A stretch of 64,000 bases of DNA from the NCBI GenBank assembly GCA_963796455.1, contig CAWCLO010000001.1:256001-320000 (forward strand), read 5' to 3'. The notes beneath the pieces are model-generated. The model saw nothing but the letters and a program-made list of their open reading frames with translations. It had not been told where the DNA came from and ran no database searches. The DNA comes from Candidatus Sulfomarinibacteraceae bacterium (GTDB taxonomy: Bacteria; Acidobacteriota; Thermoanaerobaculia; Thermoanaerobaculales; Sulfomarinibacteraceae). Positions within the stretch are counted from its first letter, which is position 1; each line of letters opens with the position of its first letter. The translations under genes and the position numbers were made by a program. Below are positions 18,678 to 29,408 of this stretch, piece after piece.

Positions 18678-19586
18678 ATGAGTTGGGAACTGCACCGCAT
18701 CACAATCGTCGGCGGCGGGATGATGGGAAGATCACTCGCCACCAAGGTCGCCCAGGAGGGCATCAACGTTTATCTCAAAGAGGTTTCACAGGAAACCGTC
18801 GCGATCGGAAAGAGTGAGCTCGACCGGGCGCTGGAGAACGAAATCTCACGCTTCGGTCTGACCAACTCCGAAAAAAAAGCGATCCTGTCGCGCATCACCT
18901 GGGTCACCCAGTTTGATTGCGCATCCGACAGCGATCTCGCGCTCGAGGCCGTTCAGGAGGACTTTGGCCTCAAGCGTCAGATTCTGCGCGAACTGGATCG
19001 TCGGATGCCCGAGGGCAATCCGATCGTCATCAATACCTCGACCCTTTCGATCACCGAACTCGCCGCCCAGAATTCGCAACCGGAGCGGATTGTCGGCATG
19101 CACTTTCTCTACCCTGTCACCACCACTCGGGTGGTGGAGGTGGTGCGAGGCCAGCTGACCTCCGATGAGGTCTACGAGCGAGCCATCGAGTTCGCGCGTC
19201 TCCTCGGCAAGATCCCGATCAAGGTCTTCGAAATGCCCGGCTTTGTCACGACCCGCGTGCTTTTGCCCCTGATCAACGAGGCCATGCACGTCGTGATGGA
19301 AGGGGTCGCCGAGGCGGCCGAAGTCGATCTCGCCCTGAAAATGGGCTATGAGTTCCGCATCGGTCCGCTCGAGTGGGCCGACCGCACGGGTCTCGATCGC
19401 GTCCTCAACTGGATGGATCACCTGCACAAGGAGAGCGGCGAACCGCGGTTTCGTCCGTGCCCGTTACTCAAGCGTTTGGTGCGGGCCGGACTGCACGGAG
19501 CCAAGACCGGGCGCGGTTTTTTCGAATATGACGAAAACCGCCGCCGGACCGATCGTCTCGCCGACGACAAGCCAGGGCTCGGCTGA
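18678..19586 (+). CDS. hbd: 3-hydroxybutyryl-CoA / 3-hydroxyacyl-CoA dehydrogenase
   Basis: GGGMMG, EAVQE..LK, NTSTLSI, GMHF, PGFV..R, GPLEWAD..GLD, GAKTGRGFFEY. Confidence 0.85.
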   Translation: MSWELHRITIVGGGMMGRSLATKVAQEGINVYLKEVSQETVAIGKSELDRALENEISRFGLTNSEKKAILSRITWVTQFDCASDSDLALEAVQEDFGLKRQILRELDRRMPEGNPIVINTSTLSITELAAQNSQPERIVGMHFLYPVTTTRVVEVVRGQLTSDEVYERAIEFARLLGKIPIKVFEMPGFVTTRVLLPLINEAMHVVMEGVAEAAEVDLALKMGYEFRIGPLEWADRTGLDRVLNWMDHLHKESGEPRFRPCPLLKRLVRAGLHGAKTGRGFFEYDENRRRTDRLADDKPGLG

Positions 19587-19612
19587 GCCGAGCCGAAACA
19601 ACGGAGCGCAGC

Positions 19613-20869
19613 ATGAAAATCCTCGTTTTGAACAGTGGATCGTCTTCGGTCAAATTCCAGATCATTGAAACCGATATTGACCGTATGAACGCCGATGAGG
19701 ACCAAACTCTCGCGGTGGGTTTGGTCGAAAAGATCGGACTCTCCGACTCGCGGTTGGTACTCGAGGTACCCAACCGCCAGACCTACCAGGATTACCGCGA
19801 GATCCTTGAGCACCGGACCGCCATCGAGTGGGTGCTGCGTATTCTGGTCGATCCGGAGGTCGGAATCATCTCTTCGGTCGACGAGATCGAGGCTGTGGGT
19901 CACCGTGTGGTTCATGGCGGCGAAGCCTTTGCATCCTCCGTGCTCATGACCCCCGAAGTCGTCCAGAGCATTCAAGAGTGCTCGGCGCTGGCGCCACTCC
20001 ACAACCCTCCAAATCTGCGTGGATATCAAGCCGCGTTTGCGGCAATGCCCGAAGTCCCCCACGTCGCGGTTTTTGACACCGCATTCCACCAGACGATGCC
20101 TGCGCACGCTTTTCTCTACGGCATTCCATTCCAGCTCTACAAAAAGCACGCACTGCGAAAATACGGATTTCACGGCACTTCCCACCGTTTTGTGACCTTT
20201 CGCGGCTGCCAGATCCTCGAATGGGAACGCGAAGAACGCAAGGTGATCTCGGTCCACCTCGGAAACGGGTGTTCTCTTGCCGCGGTCGACCGGGGGAAAA
20301 GCATCGACACCTCGATGGGTTTCACGCCACTCGAGGGTCTGGTGATGGGCACACGCTCCGGCGACATGGATCCGGCCATCATTCCCTGGCTGATGGCGAT
20401 GGAGGAACTCACCCTCCACCAGGTCAATACCATGCTCAACAAGCACTCGGGGCTCTATGGCATCTCCGGGGTCAGCTCCGATATGCGGGAACTGTTGGAA
20501 GCACGCGCCAGCGGCCACCAGAGGGCCGACGTCGCCTTCCGCATGTTCGCCTACCGCATCAAGAAGTACCTGGCAGCTTATGCGGCCGCCATGGGAGGCG
20601 TCGACGCGGTCTTCTTCACCGGCGGAATCGGACAGAAATCCGCCGAAGTGCGTGAGGAAACCCTGGCCGGTCTCGAGTTCATGGGCATCGAGCTCGATCG
20701 TGAACGCAACGCGACCACCACCAGCGGCGAAGGTGAGATCACCACCGACGACTCGCGAGTCCGGGTGCTGGTGGTGCCCACCAACGAGGAAAAGACGATT
20801 GCACGGGACGTGGTCCGGGTCCTCAATGGGATCATGCCGGAGTTCACTCCACCCGAAACCGTTATCTGA
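19613..20869 (+). CDS. ackA: Acetate kinase
   Basis: LNSGSSSVK, GHRVVHGG, APLHNP, FDTAFH, YGFHGTSH, HLGNG, MGTRSGD, FTGGIG, PTNEE. Confidence 0.95.
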   Translation: MKILVLNSGSSSVKFQIIETDIDRMNADEDQTLAVGLVEKIGLSDSRLVLEVPNRQTYQDYREILEHRTAIEWVLRILVDPEVGIISSVDEIEAVGHRVVHGGEAFASSVLMTPEVVQSIQECSALAPLHNPPNLRGYQAAFAAMPEVPHVAVFDTAFHQTMPAHAFLYGIPFQLYKKHALRKYGFHGTSHRFVTFRGCQILEWEREERKVISVHLGNGCSLAAVDRGKSIDTSMGFTPLEGLVMGTRSGDMDPAIIPWLMAMEELTLHQVNTMLNKHSGLYGISGVSSDMRELLEARASGHQRADVAFRMFAYRIKKYLAAYAAAMGGVDAVFFTGGIGQKSAEVREETLAGLEFMGIELDRERNATTTSGEGEITTDDSRVRVLVVPTNEEKTIARDVVRVLNGIMPEFTPPETVI

Positions 20870-20887
20870 TCGGGCCGGTTTCCGACG

Positions 20888-21176
20888 CACGGAGAGACCG
20901 CTGATAGCGCAGATGGGCGCAGATAGTCGAACCGTGTTTTGATTTTCGTGTCGTCGATCAACATTTCCAGCGACTTCGGCAACGTTGAACCGCAAAGTTC
21001 ATTTTTGACCAAATCAAACAGCTAACCTGCGGGGTCAATGCGTTGCCGGCTGGTGGCCCGACGTCTTTGTCTTGCAGGTCCTCAACGGGAGCGAGAGACG
21101 TGAGCGGTATTCGAGTCCGTTCAATCGCCGGGCCCGGAAATCTGCGTTCATCTGCGTGATCTGCGGTTTCTCCGTG
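20888..21176. repeat. 37-bp imperfect inverted repeat with CGCAGAT periodicity enclosing ~215 bp
   Basis: 20888-20924 vs reverse complement of 21140-21176: 31/37 identical. Confidence 0.85.
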
Positions 21177-21218
21177 ACCGGCTGCGATGGGAATTCCGAA
21201 TTCCGAATTCGCGACTCG

Positions 21219-21896
21219 CTACTCCCCTGCCTCATCTGCATCCTTACGGTCCTGCCTGGCCTCTTCGACAAAGCGGCTGACCCGGTAGATGTAGTTGAAC
21301 GCGGAGACGATCACCAGAATGAATGAGGCGTAGAAACAGGCTTCGGGGATCCACCACGGAATGTCGACGACATTGGCGAAGAGCACGACCGCCACGGTCA
21401 GGACCTGAGAAAAAGTCGTCGCCTTGCCGAGAACCGATGGCGGAAACTCCCGCAACCCCTCGACCATGTAGAGAACCCCGGCCACCAGCATGATCACAAA
21501 ATCACGAAAGAGGGCCAGTATCGTCAACCACAGCGGAATCACCACCGCCTGCCCCTGGGGGATGGTCAAGGCAATGTAGGCGACCGTGATCAACATCTTG
21601 TCGGCAATCGGGTCCAGATAGGCACCGATCCGAGATTGCATGTCCATGCGTCTGGCAAGATACCCATCCAAGGAGTCGGTCAGACCGGCAACCACAAAGA
21701 CCCACAAGGCCAGTTTGAAATCCGAATCGGTGACTGCGAGGACAAAAAACGGAACCAGCGCCATCCGCAGCAGGGTGATGAAATTCGGAACCGTCAGCGG
21801 GCGCAGTTTTTCTTCGACCCGGGTGCGGATCTTTTCGCGCGCCTCGCGATCCATCGAAGGTTTCTTCACCCGTTTCCCTGCCGGTTGAGCCGCCAC
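21219..21896 (-). CDS. CDP-alcohol phosphatidyltransferase (PgsA-like)
   Basis: PNFITLLR, TDSLDGYLARR..GAYLDPIADK. Confidence 0.9.
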   Translation of the reverse strand: MAAQPAGKRVKKPSMDREAREKIRTRVEEKLRPLTVPNFITLLRMALVPFFVLAVTDSDFKLALWVFVVAGLTDSLDGYLARRMDMQSRIGAYLDPIADKMLITVAYIALTIPQGQAVVIPLWLTILALFRDFVIMLVAGVLYMVEGLREFPPSVLGKATTFSQVLTVAVVLFANVVDIPWWIPEACFYASFILVIVSAFNYIYRVSRFVEEARQDRKDADEAGE

Positions 21897-22648
21897 AGGA
21901 TTCTCAATCCGTGCAACGTGAGGTCGGGCTCGACATATTGGATGAGTTCGGTGTGGCTGGCAAAGGCGCCCGCGAGCCCACCGGTGGCGATCACCTTGGC
22001 ATCGCCAAGCTCATCGAGGATCCGTCGGGTCACCCCTTCGATCAAACCCAGGTAGCCATAGAAGAGCCCGCTCTGGATACTGTCCACCGTGCCCTTGCCG
22101 ATGACCCGGGGCGGCGGCGCCATGGCGACGTCGGGGAGCTTGGCGGTCTTGGACGACAAGGCGTTGGCAGTCACTCCGGGACCCGGGGCGATGACGCCAC
22201 CGAGGTATTTTCCGTCCACCGAGACGACCTCCCAGGTGATCGCGGTGCCGAAATCGAGCACCAGACAGGGACCACCGTGCTCGGCGAAAGCAGCCACCGC
22301 ATCACACAAACGATCGGCACCGAGTTCCTGCGGCGCATCGACCACCAACGGCATGTCTGTTCGGATGCCCGGCTCGACGAAAAAGGCGGACTTATCGAGA
22401 TATCTCGCAACGCCCTCGCGCAGTCTCGGATCCATCGGGGGGACCACAGACGAGACGGCGACGTCGAGCAGATCCGTGGGGGCGACACCTTCCAGTTGAA
22501 GGAGTTGATGAAGCCACATCCCCACCTCGTCGGCGGTCCGTTCAGCGTGGGTCGTGAGGCGCCAATGGGTACGCAGTCGGTCGCCGTCGAACAGCCCCAC
22601 CACCGTATTGGTATTGCCCACATCGAGTGCCAGCAGCATATCGCTCAT
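21866..22648 (-). CDS. coaX: Type III pantothenate kinase
   Basis: LDVGNTN, SSVVP, LGADR, DFGTA, GGVIAPG, IATGG. Confidence 0.95.
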   Translation of the reverse strand: MSDMLLALDVGNTNTVVGLFDGDRLRTHWRLTTHAERTADEVGMWLHQLLQLEGVAPTDLLDVAVSSVVPPMDPRLREGVARYLDKSAFFVEPGIRTDMPLVVDAPQELGADRLCDAVAAFAEHGGPCLVLDFGTAITWEVVSVDGKYLGGVIAPGPGVTANALSSKTAKLPDVAMAPPPRVIGKGTVDSIQSGLFYGYLGLIEGVTRRILDELGDAKVIATGGLAGAFASHTELIQYVEPDLTLHGLRILWRLNRQGNG

Positions 22649-22855
22649 TCAGCCTCCGAAAATCTCACGGTACAGCCCCAGATGCGCGGTGTCCACTCAG
22701 ACTAAACCATGGAGCCCGTGTTCCGTAGTATTATCTGCGCGCGTTATGCGCACATTCAAAAACTGCGGGCACTTCGGGAAGTGGCCCGTGCAGGGCAATA
22801 ACGAGCCGGCTCGGAACTGCCAAAACACAATCACTGAAACGGAAGGGGACGCAAG

Positions 22856-24625
22856 ATGAGTCTTCGACGAGGATGGATGACCGCTGCGGTAGTGCTCGCG
22901 GTCCTTTTGTGCGGTCCGACGGCGACCGCCCAGAAGGCTGAGGTGCCGGTCAAAGAGGTTTCTCTCGACAACGGCATGAAATTCCTGATGGTCGAACGGA
23001 GCGAGAGCCCGACGGTGTCGGCAGGTTGGATCGCCCACGTCGGATCGGTCAACGAGGAAGTCGGCGTGACCGGAATCGCCCATCTCTTCGAGCACATGAT
23101 GTTCAAGGGCAGCCGGGTCATCGGCACTTCGGATTACGAAGCGGAAGCCGAGATCATCGCCAAACTCGACAGCCTGAGGCTCGAGATGGATGTCGAATAT
23201 GCGGCCATGCGTGAGGCCAAGCGGCGTGGTGAGATCACCGGAAGCATCTTTCTGCCCGAAAACGTGACGCCACGGTTGGCTGAACTCAGGGAACAGATGA
23301 AGGCTCTCCAGGAACAACAGAAGGCCATCATCGTCAAAGACGAATTCGACCAGATCTACACCGAGGCCGGTGCGTCATCGATGAATGCCGGGACCAGCAA
23401 CGATTTCACGGTGTATTTCATCACCGTCCCCGCCAACAAACTCGAACTGTGGTTCTGGATGGAGTCAGAACGGCTCCTCAACGCGATCTTCCGCGAGTTC
23501 TACACCGAGCGGGACGTGGTTCGCGAAGAACGAAGGATGCGCACCGAATCAAACCCGGTGGCAAAATTCGAAGAGCAGTTCGACATGATGTTCTGGGGCT
23601 CGATCCCCTACCACCACCCGACCGTAGGATGGCCATCCGATGTCGAATCAATCGGCCGCGACGCCGCCAATCGATTCTTCGCCACCTATTACGCGCCCAA
23701 CAACCTCACGGCTGCACTGGTCGGAAATTTCGAATCAGACGAGGCGCTCGCGTTGGCCAAGAAATACTTCGGCCGCATCCCACGCGGCGGGACCCCTCCA
23801 CCCGAGGTCGTCACCGAAGAGATCGAACAGCTCGCAGTACGACGGATGACTGCCGAAGCGGACACCAACCCTTCGGTCCACATCCGTTGGCACACGGTCC
23901 CTTTCGCCCATCGGGACATGTATGCCCTCGACGTAATGGGATCGGTTCTCAGTGACCGCACCGGTCGACTCTATAAATCGTTGGTCGAAGCCAATCAACT
24001 CGCAACGGGTCAGCCCTACGCGAGCTTCGACCCGATGAAATATGCCGGGTCTTTCGAAATCGGCGGCGAGCTTGCCGAGGGCATCGAACACCAGCAGGTG
24101 GAAGATGCTCTCCTCTTCGAGATCGATCGTCTCAAGACGGAGCCGGTGGAGGCGCGAGAACTGCAGAAAGTGAAGAACCAATCCCTCGCGAACTCCTATA
24201 GGCGTCTGCAATCCGACTACTTTTTGATGCTCCAACTCCTGCTCTACGACGTGTGGGACAACTGGAACTATCTCAACGAATCTTCGGAAAAGATCGAGGC
24301 CGTGACGGCCGAAGACATCCAGCGGGTTGCAGAGACATATTTCACCGATGAGGGGAAAAATATTCTGTGGTATTTCCGCAAAGAGGGCAGCGAAGAGGAT
24401 CCCGAACTGGCGGCGTTGAGCGGCCAGGCCAAGGCCATCGCCAAACAGGCCCTCGCCCAGATCGCCCAGATTGACGACCCCGCGCAACTCGAGCAGGGGC
24501 TCGCTCAGATGAAGGCGATGCTCGGCCAGACGCCACCGGAGATCAAGCCAGCCATCGAGCTGGCGGTCAAGCGTGCAGAGGAACGACTTGCTGAACTTTC
24601 GGCCGCGGCCGGAGAGGAGGAGTGA
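22856..24625 (+). CDS. M16 family zinc peptidase, catalytic subunit
   Basis: GIAHLFEHMMFKGS (HxxEH), NAGTS, ERDVVREERR; signal peptide. Confidence 0.92.
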   Translation: MSLRRGWMTAAVVLAVLLCGPTATAQKAEVPVKEVSLDNGMKFLMVERSESPTVSAGWIAHVGSVNEEVGVTGIAHLFEHMMFKGSRVIGTSDYEAEAEIIAKLDSLRLEMDVEYAAMREAKRRGEITGSIFLPENVTPRLAELREQMKALQEQQKAIIVKDEFDQIYTEAGASSMNAGTSNDFTVYFITVPANKLELWFWMESERLLNAIFREFYTERDVVREERRMRTESNPVAKFEEQFDMMFWGSIPYHHPTVGWPSDVESIGRDAANRFFATYYAPNNLTAALVGNFESDEALALAKKYFGRIPRGGTPPPEVVTEEIEQLAVRRMTAEADTNPSVHIRWHTVPFAHRDMYALDVMGSVLSDRTGRLYKSLVEANQLATGQPYASFDPMKYAGSFEIGGELAEGIEHQQVEDALLFEIDRLKTEPVEARELQKVKNQSLANSYRRLQSDYFLMLQLLLYDVWDNWNYLNESSEKIEAVTAEDIQRVAETYFTDEGKNILWYFRKEGSEEDPELAALSGQAKAIAKQALAQIAQIDDPAQLEQGLAQMKAMLGQTPPEIKPAIELAVKRAEERLAELSAAAGEEE

Positions 24626-24626
24626 G

Positions 24627-26102
24627 ATGCGACGAATGATCATGCCCCTTGCCTCCGTGCTGGTGTTCGCCACAGCATTTATTTTTGCGGCAGATATCCC
24701 GGAACGCCCCGAGGAGCTCCAGTACCCCGAATTCAAGTTCGACCTTCCCGATGCGGATTCGCTTCGTTTTGAACTCGCCGACGGCACTCCGGTCTATGCA
24801 AAACGCGACAGCGAGTTCCCGTTGGTCAACATCACCGTCTATTTCAAGGGCGGCCGCTATCTCGAATCTGACGACAAGGCCGGTCTTGCAGCCATCGCTG
24901 GAGATGCCTGGCGCTCAGGGGGAGCCGGCGAGCGCACCGCCCAGGAACTCGACGAAGATCTCGATTTCCTGGCCGCCACCATCGGCACCAACATCGGCGA
25001 AGTCAGCGGGTCGGCCAGTCTCAATGTGTTATCGAAAGATCTCGATGAGGCGCTGGCCATCTTTATGGACGTGCTGACCAAACCGACCTTCCAGCAGGAT
25101 CGTTTCGACAAGACCAAAGACAACATGATCCAGGCCATCAAACAACGAAATGACGACTCGGCGAACATCGAAGGCCGCGAATGGCGCCGGCTCATCAACG
25201 GGGATGATTTCTGGGGGAATCGACTCTCGACCAAGGCCTCCATCGACTCCATCACCACTTCCGACGCCAAGGGCTTCGTGTCGTCGCTGGTGCGTTCCGG
25301 CAATGTCCTGGTCGCCGTTTCGGGCGACTTCGAAGCAGCCGCGATGGAGGCCCTGCTCAACCGGACCATCGGGTCCCTCGAGCCCATGGCGCAACCGCTG
25401 CCCGCCATCCCACAGCCCGATCACACACCCGCCCCGGGCGTCTATGTGGTCAACAAATCCGATGTCAATCAGGGCAGGGTCCGGATCGGCAAGATCGGAT
25501 TCCGCGAAGGGCACCCCGACGAGTTCGCCCTTAAAATGGGCAACGAAATCCTCGGCGGTGGCGGTTTCACGGCAAGAATGATGAAACGCATCCGTTCAGA
25601 CGAGGGTCTCGCCTACGACGCCCGCTCGTCCCTCAATTTCCCGGTCACCATACCGGGCGCCTTTGTTGCGGAATACCAATCCAAATCCTCAACCGTTCCC
25701 TATGCGGCGGAGATCTTTTTCGAGCTCCTTGATTCGATGCGGACCAAAGCGGCCTCCGATGAGGAACTGCAGACCGCGAAGGTTTCGTTCATCGAGATCT
25801 TTCCGCGTTTCTTTGCCAGCGCCGACCAGATCGTCGGGATCTTTGCCAGCGATGAGCTCCTTGGACGAGATCATTCATATTGGACGGATTACCGCGATCG
25901 CGTCGCCGCCGTCTCGGCAAAGGATGTGACCGCCGCCATGAAAAAGCACCTCGATCCCGCGACCATGATCATGCTGGTGGTCGGCAATCTCGAAGAGATT
26001 TCACAAGGCCACCCCGATCACGAGGCGGCGCTGACCGACTTCGGCGAAATCAAGATGGTTCCGCTGCGCGATCCGCTGACTCTGGAGCCGATCGTCGAGT
26101 AA
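24627..26102 (+). CDS. M16 family peptidase, non-catalytic partner subunit
   Basis: M16 fold motifs (ILGGGGFTARMMKRIRSDEGLAY) without HxxEH. Confidence 0.88.
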   Translation: MRRMIMPLASVLVFATAFIFAADIPERPEELQYPEFKFDLPDADSLRFELADGTPVYAKRDSEFPLVNITVYFKGGRYLESDDKAGLAAIAGDAWRSGGAGERTAQELDEDLDFLAATIGTNIGEVSGSASLNVLSKDLDEALAIFMDVLTKPTFQQDRFDKTKDNMIQAIKQRNDDSANIEGREWRRLINGDDFWGNRLSTKASIDSITTSDAKGFVSSLVRSGNVLVAVSGDFEAAAMEALLNRTIGSLEPMAQPLPAIPQPDHTPAPGVYVVNKSDVNQGRVRIGKIGFREGHPDEFALKMGNEILGGGGFTARMMKRIRSDEGLAYDARSSLNFPVTIPGAFVAEYQSKSSTVPYAAEIFFELLDSMRTKAASDEELQTAKVSFIEIFPRFFASADQIVGIFASDELLGRDHSYWTDYRDRVAAVSAKDVTAAMKKHLDPATMIMLVVGNLEEISQGHPDHEAALTDFGEIKMVPLRDPLTLEPIVE

Positions 26103-26123
26103 CCCAATCAATTCTGAATCTCT

Positions 26124-26152
26124 CGCCCGGGCTTCGGCCCGGGCGTTTTTTT
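26124..26152 (+). terminator. Intrinsic terminator
   Basis: CGCCCGGGC-TTCG-GCCCGGGCG-TTTTTTT. Confidence 0.9.
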
Positions 26153-26226
26153 GGCTATGGGCTGTGGTATTGGGGCTATGGGGCTATGGGGCTATGGGGC
26201 TATGGGGCTATGAGGCTATGAGGCTT
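26153..26226 (+). repeat. GGGGCTAT/GAGGCTAT octamer array
   Basis: Read directly, immediately after terminator. Confidence 0.9.
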
Positions 26227-26331
26227 TTGGGGCTCTGAGGTTGTGGCGCGACGAGGGCGAACAACTGGAAAACCCTCAAAGCCTCACCGCCAGGCCGCGC
26301 CGGCGGCCGATCATCGCCTCACAGCCTGTGC

Positions 26332-26793
26332 TCACGAATAGGTCCACGGCGTATCGTGGATAGTCAGCAACTCACCTTCTCGGAAGCTTTCGCCGACCAC
26401 GGCTTCGGCCACGGCGAGATCGTGGTCTCCGCCATCGACCCAGTTGACCAGACGGCAGCCCATATATCCGAGCGAGGCGTTGATAACCGGTGCGCCCACC
26501 TCGGGACAAAGTTTCCAGTCCACCTGCTCGAGGCGATTGTCGGGATTGCCAAAACCCAGTTGAGCGAGTTCCAGATCTCCCTTGCCAAGAAAGTTGACGG
26601 TAAAAGCTCGTGCTTCCTGGATCAACGCGTGCCCGGGATGGGTCTTTCGCACCGCCGTCGCCACCAGACACGGTTCGAAGGAGATCTGGGTCAACCACGA
26701 CCCTGTATAGATGAACATTTCCGTTTCGGTGGTCACCCCGATCAAATAGAGAGCATTCGGAATCAGCGCCAACATTTCTCGTGGCTGGGCCAT
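26332..26793 (-). CDS. Flavin reductase-like domain protein
   Basis: SWLTQISFEP, FTVNFL, GAPVI, GGDHDL; GGGGAGG RBS. Confidence 0.85.
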   Translation of the reverse strand: MAQPREMLALIPNALYLIGVTTETEMFIYTGSWLTQISFEPCLVATAVRKTHPGHALIQEARAFTVNFLGKGDLELAQLGFGNPDNRLEQVDWKLCPEVGAPVINASLGYMGCRLVNWVDGGDHDLAVAEAVVGESFREGELLTIHDTPWTYS

Positions 26794-26909
26794 GTCGCCT
26801 CCCCTTCGATTGATGAGCTTTGATCTCATTTTACGTCACACTTGCGGGCTTGTGAAATCGGGTGCAAAATGGTCCGGCCCCAAAGCTGGGCAACTCCTGA
26901 GGAGGAAGA

Positions 26910-28072
26910 ATGAAGATCCACGAGTATCAAGGTAAAGAGGTGCTTGCCAAGCACGGTGTCCCGGTACCGCGCAGCGTCGTCATCACCGAGGCCGAAGAAG
27001 CCCGCAAGGCGGCCGAGGAACTGGGCGGCCGGGTGGTCGTCAAGGCGCAGATCCATGCCGGCGGCCGCGGCAAGGGTGGCGGCGTCAAGCTGGCTGACAA
27101 CCCTGACGAGGCGGTCAAGCTGGCCGGTGAGATTCTCGGTATGACCCTAGTGACAAAACAAACCGGTCCCGAGGGCAAGCTGGTTCGGACGGTTTTGATC
27201 GAAGAGGCTCTGCCGATCGATCGCGAACTCTATCTGGGCGTGGTCCTCGACCGCTCGGAAGGCTTTCCGGTAATGATGGCCTCGAAATTCGGTGGTATGG
27301 AAATCGAAGAGGTCGCTGAAGAAAACCCGGACGCGATCCTCAAGGCCCATTTCGACCCCGATGTGGGGCTCCACCCGTATCTGAGCCGCAAACTCGCCTT
27401 TGGTCTGGACCTCGAAGGCGACGCCTTCAAGGCGGGCACAAAGTTCATGCATGCTCTGGCCAAGGCCTACGGCGAGAGCGATGCGTCGCTGCTCGAGATC
27501 AACCCGCTGGTCACAACGACTGACGGCCGGGTGGTCGCGCTCGACGCCAAGATGAACGTCGACGACAGCGCGCTCTATCGCCACAAAGACATCGAGGCAA
27601 TGCGCGACATCCACGAAGAGGAACCGCTCGAGGTCGAGGCCTCGAAGTTCGATCTCAACTACATCAAACTGGATGGCAACATCGGTTGCATGGTCAACGG
27701 CGCGGGGCTTGCCATGGCGACCATGGACATCATCAAACACTGCGGCGGCGAACCGGCCAATTTCCTGGACGTGGGCGGCGATGCCTCCCAGGAACGTGTT
27801 GCCGCCGCTTTCCGCATTCTGCTTTCCGACCCGTCGGTACAGGGGGTTCTGGTCAACATATTCGGCGGCATCGTGCGCTGCGACATGGTGGCGCGGGGTG
27901 TCGTGGCGGCGGCCGAAGAGGTCAAACTCAGCATCCCGTTGGTGGTTCGACTCGAGGGCACGAACGTCGAGGAGGGCCGGCGGGTTCTCGCCGAGTCCGG
28001 CCTCGATCTGATCGTCGGTGATGGCATGGCCGATGCCGCCGAGAAAGTCGTGGCGGCGGTTGGAGGTGCATC

Positions 28073-28076
<4 letters not shown>
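26910..28076 (+). CDS. sucC: Succinyl-CoA synthetase beta subunit
   Basis: [52 protein letters not shown]. Confidence 0.97.
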
Positions 28077-28957
<881 letters not shown>

Positions 28958-29006
28958 GAAGCTATGAGCTATGCGCTTTGAGCTATGAGGCTCGAGCGTG
29001 TTTTCG

Positions 29007-29037
29007 AACGCCCCTGGGAAACCGGGGGCGTTTTTTT
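29007..29037 (+). terminator. Probable intrinsic terminator after sucD
   Basis: AACGCCCCTGG-GAAA-CCGGGGGCGTTTTTTT. Confidence 0.75.
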
Positions 29038-29219
29038 CGAGGCCGGGTCGGAACCGATCTGTCTTCCGATAGGAACCGGAGCTTGCCTTCAGTCGTGGAG
29101 GCAAAAGGTAGGGAGAGGCGCCGGAGTTCGTACGAGATGATGTTTGGGGAGGACGTGGATGACCGACCAGGGTTTGTATCTTGCTGGTCGGACCTCGAAT
29201 GCTCAGTGGGTCTTTTCAA

Positions 29220-29338
29220 GATGTCATCCTGAGCGCAGCGCCTCGGGCGCGGAGTCGAAGGATCTGCGGCTTCGTTGTCCTTCCGGCCACCCATAGATCC
29301 TTCGACTACGCCCTGCAGGCTCCGCTCAGGATGACATC
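29220..29338. repeat. REP-like palindromic element, copy 3
   Basis: GATGTCATCCTGAGCG...CGCTCAGGATGACATC. Confidence 0.9.
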
Positions 29339-29408
29339 CGGAAGCGACCTGGGCTTGCCTTCAGTCGTGGGGCAGCAGGTAGGGGCAGCCCTGATATCAG
29401 GGAGGAAC

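Noticed and set aside
22770..22855. Riboswitch upstream of the M16 operon
   Set aside because: Only one short hairpin; no recognisable aptamer consensus.
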